From: an uncultured delta proteobacterium
Lineage (GTDB): Bacteria; Desulfobacterota; Desulfobacteria; Desulfobacterales; JAFDCJ01
DNA length: 64,000 nt
Direction of reading: 5' to 3'
NCBI GenBank assembly: GCA_963821065.1
Contig: CAWGCM010000011.1
Coordinates: forward strand, 112,992 to 176,991
Shown here: piece by piece, positions 30,997 through 40,193 of the stretch
Layout of the letters: every line of letters begins with the position of its first letter
How positions within the stretch are numbered: the first letter of the stretch is position 1
Notes under the pieces: model-generated
What the model saw: only the letters and a program-made list of their open reading frames with translations
What the model was told of the DNA's origin: nothing
Databases searched by the model: none
Translations under genes and position numbers: made by a program

Positions 30997-31518
30997 ATGC
31001 AAAACAACCTGAGAATTAAGTTGGCAGTACTACTGGTGAGTTTGCTTCTGGTGCTTAGCGTTTCATGTCAAAAAAAGACCGTGGCCGTCGAAAATCAATC
31101 GAATTCAACAGCGCAGCAAGGCGGGTATGAGACATCCACGGCAGATCAATCTGATGATTCATCAGCAGCCACAGGTGATTCCGATATCGTTCTGCAAAAA
31201 GACATTTTCTTCGAATTTGACAAGGCGACACTGACACCGGAGGCCAGAGAGATGCTGACAAAAAATGGCCTGTGGTTGAGAACCAACTTTGATGTAGCGA
31301 TAACCATTGAAGGTCATTGTGATGAGAGAGGCACCAACGCTTACAATCTGGCGCTGGGCGAACGGCGGGCTGAAAGTGTAAAAATGTTTCTGGCTGATCT
31401 TGGCATAGACCAATCGCGCCTGGCAACCATAAGTTATGGCGAAGAACGACCTTTGGACCGGGGGCATGGTGAAGCCGTCTGGGCCAGTAATCGACGGGCG
31501 CATTTTTTGATCAGATAA
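30997..31518 (+). CDS. OmpA-family / peptidoglycan-associated lipoprotein (Pal-like)
   Basis: Lipobox LLVLSVSC. OmpA_C motifs (IEGHCDERGTNAYNLALGERRA..NRRAHF). Confidence 0.85.
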   Translation: MQNNLRIKLAVLLVSLLLVLSVSCQKKTVAVENQSNSTAQQGGYETSTADQSDDSSAATGDSDIVLQKDIFFEFDKATLTPEAREMLTKNGLWLRTNFDVAITIEGHCDERGTNAYNLALGERRAESVKMFLADLGIDQSRLATISYGEERPLDRGHGEAVWASNRRAHFLIR

Positions 31519-31863
31519 TCTGAGATTCTATAAAATTGGATAGAAATAAGGGCTGCAGAGAGGCGCGATACCTCACTGCGGCCCTATAAGCCTCCGGCTG
31601 GGAGGCGGGCCCGGCAAGATTCCCGTGAATAGCCCATTCAACGCGCAACACAGCGGGTCTTGAGCCTGCATCCTGGTTGCCGGATTTACCCTTTTTTGTT
31701 GGTATAAAATTTGTGTATCTCACGGATTTTGCCGGTTGATATACGATGTCTGTCCAACAAAGAGAACACTCCGTTGGTAGCAAGGCAGGCACAATTTAAA
31801 ACAATTCTACATTGAGCTTTACTCAAGGTATTAGATACTTAATTGTAAAAATTTGTCAGTTGT

Positions 31864-32957
31864 TTAATCATCTGATTTTTGAAATAATTGAATCATTAAT
31901 GGCAGGTCACCTTCGACCGAGTATTTTTGCTCCATGAACATTTGCTGTCCGTCAGCTTTGCCAGTAATTATATCCATCCATAAGTCGAAAGGCGTCTCAA
32001 TGGTGATGTCAGGGTTTTCCTTGCTACCTTCTTTCTGCGGATACGTTTCCCCTTTCAATTATAAAGTAGCATGAATCATGTCACTTCACCAGAAAAATTA
32101 AATTGCAAACTTATTTTTCGTTCACCAATTGATTCCGAATTAAGGCCAAAGGGAAATACCAACATAAAGCTTTCAATGGAATCTGGCCGCGGAATCATGT
32201 TCTTCTCCCGAAATTCTTTTGGTGTCACGCCCTCTGCGATACAGGTTTTCCAGAATAAATTGCCCATCTGGGCAAACGTTTGAAAATCAATGATCGGTTG
32301 CTGGATCTGATTCAATGTTTCGGTGGAAACTTGCCCGGAGGTTACCAATTCCCGCCCTGCCTGAATCATTGCCTCGAATACCTCCTGTTTTTTATCTTCA
32401 ATTCTGGATAGTGTTTCTGCTGCGGGTCGATATATTTCAGCCAATAGTCTCATATGGCGGCCAAACAAAAAATTGGACATAACTTGAAAGTTGGTCAAAA
32501 ACTGACATCTCTAAAAAGCCCGCCACCGAAAGCACAACGGCATCGGGAGGTGTCTGGCGCAGTGGATGCACGGTCCGGTTATCACGTTGTTCAAAAAAAG
32601 GTTCGAGTACTCGGAAGGGTGCGCTCAATAAAAGCCTTCATCTCGGCGTTTACCGTATAATGATAAAGAGGTGTTGCGTAAACCACCAAATCTGAATTTT
32701 AGCCACTTTGGGAACAGCTCCTTTGTCATGTCATCTTTATGAATACACTTACCGGGAGTTTTAGTCCAGCAAGTGAAACAGCCGATACAATACTTAATTT
32801 TTTTTTCACGTAGATTCACGACTTCGACGTCGGCACCAGCTTCTTGCATACCCTCGACAAGGTGATTTAGCATTAGTTCGGTTTTGCTCTGGCCTCCGTC
32901 TCGGGGACTGGAGTTAATGGATAGTATTTTCATGGCGCCTCCTTTCTTATCTTGCAT
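31864..32957 (-). pseudogene. Flavodoxin-like NAD(P)H-dependent oxidoreductase fused to a C-terminal SCP2 domain, with five +1 frame lesions
   Basis: The pieces join into one protein: MKILSINSSPRDGGQS..CWTKTPGKCIHKDD..KWLK | SDLVVYATPLYHYTVNAEMKAFIERTLP | VLEPFFEQRDN..VAGF..QLSSYV | ..LFGRHMRLLAEIY..LQFNFSGEVT | DSCYFIIERGNVSAE | EGSKENPDITIETPFDLWMDIITGKADGQQMFMEQKYSVEGDL. Length 1094-5 is divisible by 3. Confidence 0.65.
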
Positions 32958-33077
32958 TAGCTATTCATCTCCCAAAATGATAAGCCGACCTTGTATTCGA
33001 GATCATCAGAACCACGGGTAAATTGGTAATATGCTCTAAATTAGCTTCAAAATTGACGGAGTGCCGACTACAGATTG

Positions 33078-33164
33078 CTTGCCAATAGCACAAACTCAGA
33101 CAATGTTGCAATATGCTTTGGATATCGCAAACAATTCAGGCACTTAAAAGGTTTAAATACATAG
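33078..33164. repeat. Copy A of a ~90-nt dispersed element (CTTGCCAA..CACAAACTCAG.CAAT.TTGCAATAT..GATATCG.AAACAATTCA.GCACTTAAAAGGTT..AATACATAG)
   Basis: Aligns by eye with 43529-43627 and 45295-45393. In this copy the GG of the sigma54-like motif is mutated (CAGACAAT instead of CAGCCAAT). Confidence 0.8.
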
Positions 33165-33268
33165 ACATAATGTTTGAAAGTTAAGAGGTCTGCCCCTTGC
33201 GCCGTGGGTTAAGCTGTGCGACCAATAGAGGTCAAAACGGCCCAGAGCCATAACCAAGGAGGCAGACC

Positions 33269-34389
33269 ATGAAGAAAAAAGTATTATATGTCGGTTTAGA
33301 TGTCCACAAAAAAACGACAGATGTTGCGATTGCAACCGGCCGGTCCAATGGCAAGGTGAGATCTTATGGTAAAATTGATAGCACTGTTGATGCGTTAAAC
33401 AAGTTGATTAAGAAGTTAGAAGATGGCGATAAACAGCTGCGATTTGTATACGAGGCAGGACCGTGTGGCTATCAGATATACCGCCATCTTGACGCAAAGG
33501 GTATAGACTGCAGCGTGGTGGCCCCATCAATGATTCCCCGGCGAAGTGGTGATCGGATTAAAACCGACCGCCGGGATGCGGTCAACCTGGCGCGATTGTT
33601 TCGTGCAGGAGAAGCTAACCAGCATTTACGTGCCCACGGTCGAGGATGAGGCTATGCGGGATCTGATTCGATGCAGAGACGACATCAAACGTTTTGAACG
33701 TAAAGCACGCCAGCGATTACTATCATTTTTGTTGCGTCATGGGTACCAATACAGCGGCAAGAGAAACTGGACCAAAGGCTTTTATAACTGGCTGGCGACA
33801 GTCAAGTTTTCTCACTCCGCCCAGCAGGTTACACTCCAGGAATATATAGAGGCGACAAATGAATGCAGCGAGCGAATCAAGCGGATCACAGAGCAAATAC
33901 AAGTACACGTAGAGGAGTGGAGTCGGGCTCGGTTTGTCAAAGCCTACCAGGCCTTGCGAGGTGTATCGCTTATTGTGGCTACTACTGTTGTCTCAGAGAT
34001 CGGCGATATGAGACGATTCCAAAACCCCAAACAGCTGATGGCCTATCTGGGGCTTATCCCATCGGAGCATTCCAGCGGTAAAACCGTACGCCGAGGTCCG
34101 ATTACCAAAACCGGTAACAGCCATGTCCGACGGTCCCTGATTGAGGCGGCATGGACCTATAAAATGCAGGCGCGCGTATCGACCATACTTCTTAAAGCGG
34201 CAGCAAGGATTACCTAAAAGTGTTTGCGATATATCCTGGAAGGCACAAACCCGACTTTGCGCGAGGTATCGGCGGCTTATGGCAAGAGGTAAAACCAAAC
34301 AAACTGTGGTAACCGCTATCGCCCGGGAATTAAGCGCGTTTATCTGGGCCATCGACAAGGAAATGCAGGTTGCTGATACAATAATATGA
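33269..34389 (+). mobile_element. IS110-family (DEDD) transposase gene with two +1 frame lesions; element ends not defined
   Basis: MKKKVLYVGLDVHKKT..FVYEAGPCGY..RIKTDRRDA | LTSIYVPTVEDEAMRDL..IPSEHSSGKTVRRGPITKTGNSHVRR | QQGLPKSVCDISWKAQTRLCARYRRLMARGK..VVTAIAREL. Length 1121-2 is divisible by 3. Confidence 0.85.
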
Positions 34390-34744
34390 TTTTTACCAGT
34401 TTCCCTGAAGGGGTGTGACTGCGGAAAGGAGAACCCTCGTTTCTGCTATGGGAATCTGAAACTCCCGATCATAGACAGAGGCAGCTCCGCGACGAACACA
34501 AGTCTTGCGGTAACCAACCCGCGTATATCAGCATGATCATCCGTCGCTATTAAGTCGCGCCTCCTCAGGGAGTCCATTTACTATCGAAAAACCTACCTTG
34601 CACAAGGGATGGATAACTGTTTTCTTATTGACACTTTCAAACATATCAGCAGTAATCACAACTTCGGTTCAGGCTGAGACAATTTTTTAAAAGCAAAGGT
34701 TACGGTGGTTGTTGATTTCATGTTTTATAGAGAAAATGCCTCAA

Positions 34745-34775
34745 TAAAAAAGCAGGGTCACAATTGACCCTGCTC
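34745..34775 (-). terminator. Rho-independent terminator of the PEP-CTERM gene
   Basis: On the minus strand: GAGCAGGGTCA-ATTG-TGACCCTGCT followed by TTTTTTT. Confidence 0.8.
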
Positions 34776-34800
34776 ATGTTCTTTGAAAAATTATTAAGTA

Positions 34801-35514
34801 TTACTTTTTGAATCTTCTTCTAAGTCCTGCAAGGCCGAATAGGCCAGTACCAAGAAGGAGCATGGTTGCTGGCTCGGGGACAGGTGCAACAACAGCCTTC
34901 CCGTTATCGTTTCCACAATACATGGTAAAGTTAGAAGCGATTGCTGTATCAAAACTGCCTAAACCCAGAGCCGCTAAATTGATATAACCCTCTATCCAGT
35001 AAGTGCCATTGCCGAAACCGTCTGTTCCGGTTCCTTTAAGAAAATTGAAATCAGTTTTAAAGACTCCACTGTCCGTACCGCTGCTAACCCTCCAAGGATT
35101 TGAAATAGCATGCTGAGGATATTTCACGTTCTCCCAGTTACTCGCATTTAGAAGAGATGCACTTGATTCCCAAATACGAAGTCCATATTCCCAGCTGCCA
35201 TCATTTCCAATGTCAAATGCCAGGTCACCGGGTTGATTATTCCCCGTAGTCGCAGGAGAATCTAAATTTACCCCTGTCTGGAGACCAAAATAGAGTTTTC
35301 CACCAGCAACAGACAATCCGAGGTATTCAACATCGTAAGGCTGTCCTCCATACCCTGGGTCAAGGTAGTTAGTGTTTTGATCTTCAGAAAACACACTGCT
35401 GTATTCCGAAATGTTAAAAGTAGGATCATTCCAGGTGGGAGTCGCCATTGAATTCATCCCCGTCAAAATTACTGTAACCACGGAAAGCAACAGGATTTTC
35501 ATAATCTTGATCAT
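34801..35514 (-). CDS. PEP-CTERM sorting-domain secreted protein
   Basis: Signal peptide (MIKIMKILLLSVVTVILTG) and C-terminal VPEPATMLLLGTGLFGLAGLRRRFKK. Confidence 0.8.
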   Translation of the reverse strand: MIKIMKILLLSVVTVILTGMNSMATPTWNDPTFNISEYSSVFSEDQNTNYLDPGYGGQPYDVEYLGLSVAGGKLYFGLQTGVNLDSPATTGNNQPGDLAFDIGNDGSWEYGLRIWESSASLLNASNWENVKYPQHAISNPWRVSSGTDSGVFKTDFNFLKGTGTDGFGNGTYWIEGYINLAALGLGSFDTAIASNFTMYCGNDNGKAVVAPVPEPATMLLLGTGLFGLAGLRRRFKK

Positions 35515-36239
35515 TTCTATCCTCCTTAGCGGCAAACTTGAGATAAATAATATTTTTTTCATCCAATCTCTTTCAAACTATTTTCTTCTCTCCTACAGCA
35601 AAGTACATGCCAAATCTTGGAGATGTGAAACTATATGGAACGAATAAATATTATATAATGTATTCAATTTGTTAATCGAATGTTGGCTTTTCTGGCCCAA
35701 TCAAAAGCGATTTGTTTAGGAAATTAATGAGCAAGTTTATGTAATTAAAGTTATAACATTGGGAATGCTCTTGCATAATTAAAAGCCCTATAAACTTAAT
35801 TATGTGATTTTTTCAAAATGATAAAAAGATAAATAAGTAGAAATTCTATATGTATTGTGCTTCGAGAGATACAAAGGATAGGATTATTAAGGTAGTCTAT
35901 AATGTAGGGAATTAAGGATTATTAAATGCCCTGGCACAGAAAAAATCAATAAATCGGAATCTTTCAAAGTTTGACATATCTTGCCATGATCACAACTTAC
36001 GAAAAATATCAGATCAAACCTATATCTCAGGCTTATAAGTGATATAAAAACCTTTGATCAATAGCAGTGATCGGCACATTTAGATTTATCCACCGGGTAT
36101 AGGATATCCACACTTTTTGGGGAGGCAATTTATATCAGATTGCCAGATGATATCCACCATAATTTGCAATTGTGTATGCATAGCCGAAATCGCACCTTTT
36201 GCAAATTTGGTTATTGCGAAAACCAACTGTTATGTGACG

Positions 36240-36659
36240 TTAATTTAGTGTGCCGTAGTACCTATAGTGACCTGTAATTTGATAATCAAATAGTATATCT
36301 TCAATTACAGGGCCCGATCCTATATTGTGAATGATAAGCGGCTTACTGCAATCTCCTGCGCGTGAGTCCGTGACAATTCCGATATGGGGTAAATAGCCCG
36401 GTAGCATCCAGCTAACTATATTTCCAGCTACATAATCATTTGGATTTTTCGTTACTGGTAACAAAATACCTTTTCTTTTAAACAGGGTTTGTAAGTTAGG
36501 AACTCTTCGGTGATCAATATTTGGATAGCTGATCTTTCTATAGGATCCATCATACCGGACGATATGTTTCGTTCTTTCAATAGCCGCTTGGATCAGTTTT
36601 TTACTAAAATCGGTTGGCTTACCTTGACGGTACGCTGAAGCTAATATCGGAATGACCAA
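36240..36659 (-). CDS. DUF1287-family protein, apparently with an internal deletion
   Basis: Contains NIDHRRVPNLQTLFKRKG..HIGIVTD..LIIHNIGSGPVIEDILFDYQITGHYRY. The segment expected between YDGSYRKISYP and NIDHRR in family members seems missing (family recall). Confidence 0.55.
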   Translation of the reverse strand: MVIPILASAYRQGKPTDFSKKLIQAAIERTKHIVRYDGSYRKISYPNIDHRRVPNLQTLFKRKGILLPVTKNPNDYVAGNIVSWMLPGYLPHIGIVTDSRAGDCSKPLIIHNIGSGPVIEDILFDYQITGHYRYYGTLN

Positions 36660-37020
36660 TCATTGGCACAGAGGGACTCGCTATCGAGCTGATTATCAAA
36701 ACCACCGAAAGAACTGTGCCTACTATAATAGCTGGAAATATCTGGTCTGCAGATTCGGTAAAAAATTTATGGGGACCAAATGATACAAGACCAAGTAATC
36801 CTACTATTATCGAGGTGGTGTATCCTATCTTACTGCGCCACCAAACGAGTGGAATAGATACAATGGCTAAGCTAAGGCTCGCTGCAATAAAAGGGCCCAC
36901 TCTGGCTGGGGGATGAGGTTGGACTTGGGCCCAAAGAGAACCCAACAATACGGCATTAAGTAAAATTAGCCCTGCCAACGAGCTAACTGCGATTTGAATG
37001 CTCCAACTGGGCTTCTCCAT
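36619..37020 (-). CDS. Hypothetical 4-TM membrane protein
   Basis: 133-aa hydrophobic ORF with RBS GGGAGA. Its 3' end overlaps the DUF1287 ORF. Confidence 0.45.
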   Translation of the reverse strand: MEKPSWSIQIAVSSLAGLILLNAVLLGSLWAQVQPHPPARVGPFIAASLSLAIVSIPLVWWRSKIGYTTSIIVGLLGLVSFGPHKFFTESADQIFPAIIVGTVLSVVLIISSIASPSVPMIGHSDISFSVPSR

Positions 37021-37199
37021 AACTTATCTCCCTAATTTTTTTTAAGAGCATAACATGTGTTAGGTGGAATCTAAATTAGTCGATATCAAATAATCGAATC
37101 AGGGATAGTGTCTAAAGTTGAAATTACATAGCTATCGGTAACGCTTCCTATAAGCCGCGAGAGAGAAAAACGTCGGCTTGACGGGTTCCTTAGGCAAGT

Positions 37200-38132
37200 T
37201 TAGTTGCTTTGTCGAATCCCCCAAAGACGCTCTGCGTTCCCATGCGCAATCAGATGTGAAACATCTGCAGGAAGTTCCGCAAACCCCCTTTTCCAATAAT
37301 TCATTTGCTTTCGGTAGAAATCACCCCAGTGCTCAGCAAATACGTTATCCAATGCAAAGATGAACCTATGGGGATATTGGATAAAAAGGTCTTTCCATTC
37401 AGGAGCAAGACGATCTCCCTCGAATATATTCGTCCACGGCTGGTTTGAGCTTTCAACCGCTGCAGGATTGGTCCATCCAGTGTGGAAATATACGTTTTTA
37501 TGGTTTTTGATCAACCGGAGACATCTATTCCTACTCAGTTGCCCCATGTGTGTTAAGATGAATGGATGTTCCGGATGTTGGTCGAGCATCTGCTTAAATG
37601 CTCTCATGAATTTCTTTCGCTTTTCTCCATGCAACGAAGCAAATTCGATATGGACTACGAATGGCCAGCTATTCTCAATCGCATAATTCAGCGCAACTTG
37701 CACTCTCTTGTCATCTGGATAAACAATTACCTCGGGGGCCTTATTACCCTTTTTAGCGTGATAAAGCAGGACTTCAGCTATTGCATGATATTTTTTCGTT
37801 GCGATTTGTTTTTTGAGCATTTCATAATATTTATTTGAACCTGTGTCGTAGGGATTGCCCTTTGTTCTTACTGCTGGCGTGATTCGTCCAGGATTTTCTT
37901 TGGATAACTTTAGCAAGGTTTTCCCTTTTAAATTACCACGTGCAGATAAGATAGTTTGACGGACCCCTGCACTATCCATTAGAGAGATAACCTTATTTAA
38001 TGGAACCACATTGTGATCTACTTGGCTATGTGCATCTATGAAATACAGTTCATTCGCATTCGCCCTAAACCAACAAATTTGCGAAAAAATAAGAACGATA
38101 AGCAATACTTTCTTTACACTGTTAAGAAACAT
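37200..38132 (-). CDS. Amidohydrolase-family (TIM-barrel metal-dependent hydrolase) protein, secreted
   Basis: Signal-like N-terminus MFLNSVKKVLLIVLIFSQ, YFIDAHSQVDH metal motif, and HIEF/THMG motifs. Confidence 0.7.
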   Translation of the reverse strand: MFLNSVKKVLLIVLIFSQICWFRANANELYFIDAHSQVDHNVVPLNKVISLMDSAGVRQTILSARGNLKGKTLLKLSKENPGRITPAVRTKGNPYDTGSNKYYEMLKKQIATKKYHAIAEVLLYHAKKGNKAPEVIVYPDDKRVQVALNYAIENSWPFVVHIEFASLHGEKRKKFMRAFKQMLDQHPEHPFILTHMGQLSRNRCLRLIKNHKNVYFHTGWTNPAAVESSNQPWTNIFEGDRLAPEWKDLFIQYPHRFIFALDNVFAEHWGDFYRKQMNYWKRGFAELPADVSHLIAHGNAERLWGIRQSN

Positions 38133-38382
38133 AATAGTCCAGCAGGGTAGAACCTTCGTCATAGACTTCGTCAATGAGATCAAATACCATTTTTTTCATT
38201 ATAAGGTAACTCAAGACAGCCATAGGTATAAGCATTACAATGAACATAATGTCGCGGGCACTTTGATATCCGCTAAGAAATATTGACCTTAGTACAAAAA
38301 AAGCCAGAAACCCGAACCAAATCACCGGAAAAACTCGTTTATTAAAAAACGTCCATTTTGATGTAAGTTTCTTCATAGTCAA
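38122..38382 (-). CDS. Small hypothetical membrane protein (86 aa)
   Basis: Two predicted TM helices. Overlaps the amidohydrolase start by 11 nt. Confidence 0.4.
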   Translation of the reverse strand: MTMKKLTSKWTFFNKRVFPVIWFGFLAFFVLRSIFLSGYQSARDIMFIVMLIPMAVLSYLIMKKMVFDLIDEVYDEGSTLLDYYVS

Positions 38383-38415
38383 CTTATTGGAGGGGCGAGA
38401 TAGCCGGAATAGGCA

Positions 38416-38487
38416 GGTTAACGACCAAACTCACTTGCCGCAGTGGAGCGTAGCGGAATTGCGGTCAATTGCAGCGCCTTGTTATGC
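38416..38487 (-). other. attC-like recombination site (72 nt) overlapping the VOC stop codon
   Basis: On the minus strand: GCATAAC..CTGCAATTGACCGCA - loop - TGCGGCAAGTGAG..GTTAACC. The inner stem pairs except for bulged G and A on the 5' arm. The ends match the ..TAAC/GTTA.. core pattern. Confidence 0.4.
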
Positions 38488-38898
38488 GTTTTCATTTACG
38501 GGGCCCACCCAGAATAGTGGGTTATGAGCCACCTCCCAAAGATGACCGTCGAGATCTTTGAAATAGCCACTGTAGCCACCCCAAAATACCTTCTGCGGTT
38601 TCTTGACCAAGGTTGCGCCGGCATCAACTGCTTGCGATACGACCTCATCAACTTCCTTTTCTGGGCTTACGTTGTGGGCAAGTGCAAAAGACTCGAACCC
38701 CTCTCCTTCGGAAGATACCGTTGCATCTTCTGCCAACGCTTCCCGCCCATACAACCCTAACCAAGTACCATTAAGTGTGAAAAAGGCAACCTCTGGCGGC
38801 GATTCCATTCGAGGAAAACCGAGCCCTTTCTCGTAGAACTCAATTGCCGCCGCAAGATCGCGAACGCCGAGTGTGATCATGCTGATTCTTGGTTTCAT
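38482..38898 (-). CDS. VOC-family (glyoxalase/bleomycin-resistance fold) protein
   Basis: 138 aa: MKPRISMITLGVRDLAAAIEFYEKGLGF...DLDGHLWEV. Confidence 0.85.
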   Translation of the reverse strand: MKPRISMITLGVRDLAAAIEFYEKGLGFPRMESPPEVAFFTLNGTWLGLYGREALAEDATVSSEGEGFESFALAHNVSPEKEVDEVVSQAVDAGATLVKKPQKVFWGGYSGYFKDLDGHLWEVAHNPLFWVGPVNENA

Positions 38899-38920
38899 TG
38901 TTCGCAGTTCCTTCTTTTAC

Positions 38921-39047
38921 GCATAACATTGCGGTTCACCTGGTGCAGGGGTATACACCAAATATTTAAATGCAAAAAGGTTAAGACAACCTGTCAATTT
39001 TCTAAACGGCTCGGCCCCTGCGATCAGGTGAAACCGTCTTGTTATGT
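38921..39047 (-). other. attC-like recombination site (127 nt) between the DUF1566 and VOC cassettes
   Basis: On the minus strand: R'' ACATAAC, arm AAGACGGTTTCACCTGATCGCAGGGG, a 63-nt loop, arm CCCCTGCACCAGGTGAACCGCAAT, R' GTTATGC. The arms pair except for a 3-nt mismatch beside the R boxes and single-base bulges (T, C) on the R'' arm. Confidence 0.55.
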
Positions 39048-39115
39048 TTTTACGATTTTTCAAAACATAAGCTTAGGACGACCCCGATTCCTCGTCGAAG
39101 AGAAGCCAGCTTTAT

Positions 39116-39576
39116 TTATTTGTCACTGCGCACTGGCAAGACGTGGGTGGGACCGGAATAAAACTGGCGAAACCAGTACACTTTTCCGTAAGTAAAATTG
39201 AAACGTCCAGCCTCGTTACCCCGAGTATCAGAGGCCCAGCAGCTTTGGGCAGTGGTACTGATCAATCTAATAATATGGTAACCATTTTTGTTCTTTTCAT
39301 TTTGGTCAAAAAGGCTCGCGAGTTCTGCCAAAGTTGGCATTCGCCAATCGTTGTATCCTCCAACATTGAAATTCGAACAATAAGAAAGAGCATCTGACCA
39401 TTTGATTGGTACTCCATTATCTTTTTCTGACCACATTAAACCGGTTTTAGTATCCGTAATTGTGCCATCTCCGTTGTTCACAAATCGATTTGATGCAATT
39501 GCGGGAAGGGTAAAAAAGGAAGATAACAAAACATGAAAACAAGTTTATGATTCAACAAGAGTTTCAAGTTTTTCAT
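39116..39576 (-). pseudogene. DUF1566 (Lcl C-terminal domain) protein with a frame lesion in the signal peptide
   Basis: Contains GDGTITDTKTGLMWSEKDNG..GGYNDWRMPTLAELASL. The ATG at 39576 (MKNLKLLLNHKLVFMF) is in another frame. Length 461+1 is divisible by 3. Confidence 0.7.
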
Positions 39577-40193
39577 GTAAATTATTCCTTGTTTGAGGAT
39601 GTATTTTTTTAATATGGTATGGCGATCAAAACATAACATATGCATTAACAGGATTCTGGTTAGCAGCGGATTTTACCTTAAATCCGCTCCACAGCCATAA
39701 TTCCGATTTTATCGAGATCCCTTCTTGCAGTCAAATACAATACACATAACTATCTGTAATAAATATAAAAATTATAATATCTGTATGCGTCTGCGCATTT
39801 ATTCAAAAATTCTGTCATTTAACAAAAGTCGGCTTTTTGTGCCATATAGGAATGCTAACAAGAAATCTTGCTAATAATCGAATCGGATTCCGATTGATGA
39901 AAAAAAAGCCTTTGAATATGATTTGAATATCACATGATTTTCAAAATTTAAAAAGTGTTGATCAAGCAGATATCAAAGATTCGCATAACGCTGCCAGTGA
40001 GCGGCGGCCTAAATAAATTCCAAGTTGGCACGGCTATTACGTAAAACCGCTATCTTCAGGTCGTCTGCTCCACGCTTTTGTTCGTTCATTGATCATGAAC
40101 CGCAAATATCGGCCCTCAGCATTGGCGTAGCTAAAAGAACTGCCCCCAATTCCATCAAGTACTAACGATTGGAAAATAAGGCACCAACTCGGT

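Noticed and set aside
32040-32080. An apparent in-frame TAA stop in the SCP2 domain of the flavodoxin-SCP2 gene.
   Set aside because: Re-reading shows that the intermediate segment (DSCYFIIERGNVSAE) lies in the third frame. Two +1 shifts explain the region without invoking a nonsense codon, and the length arithmetic then closes.
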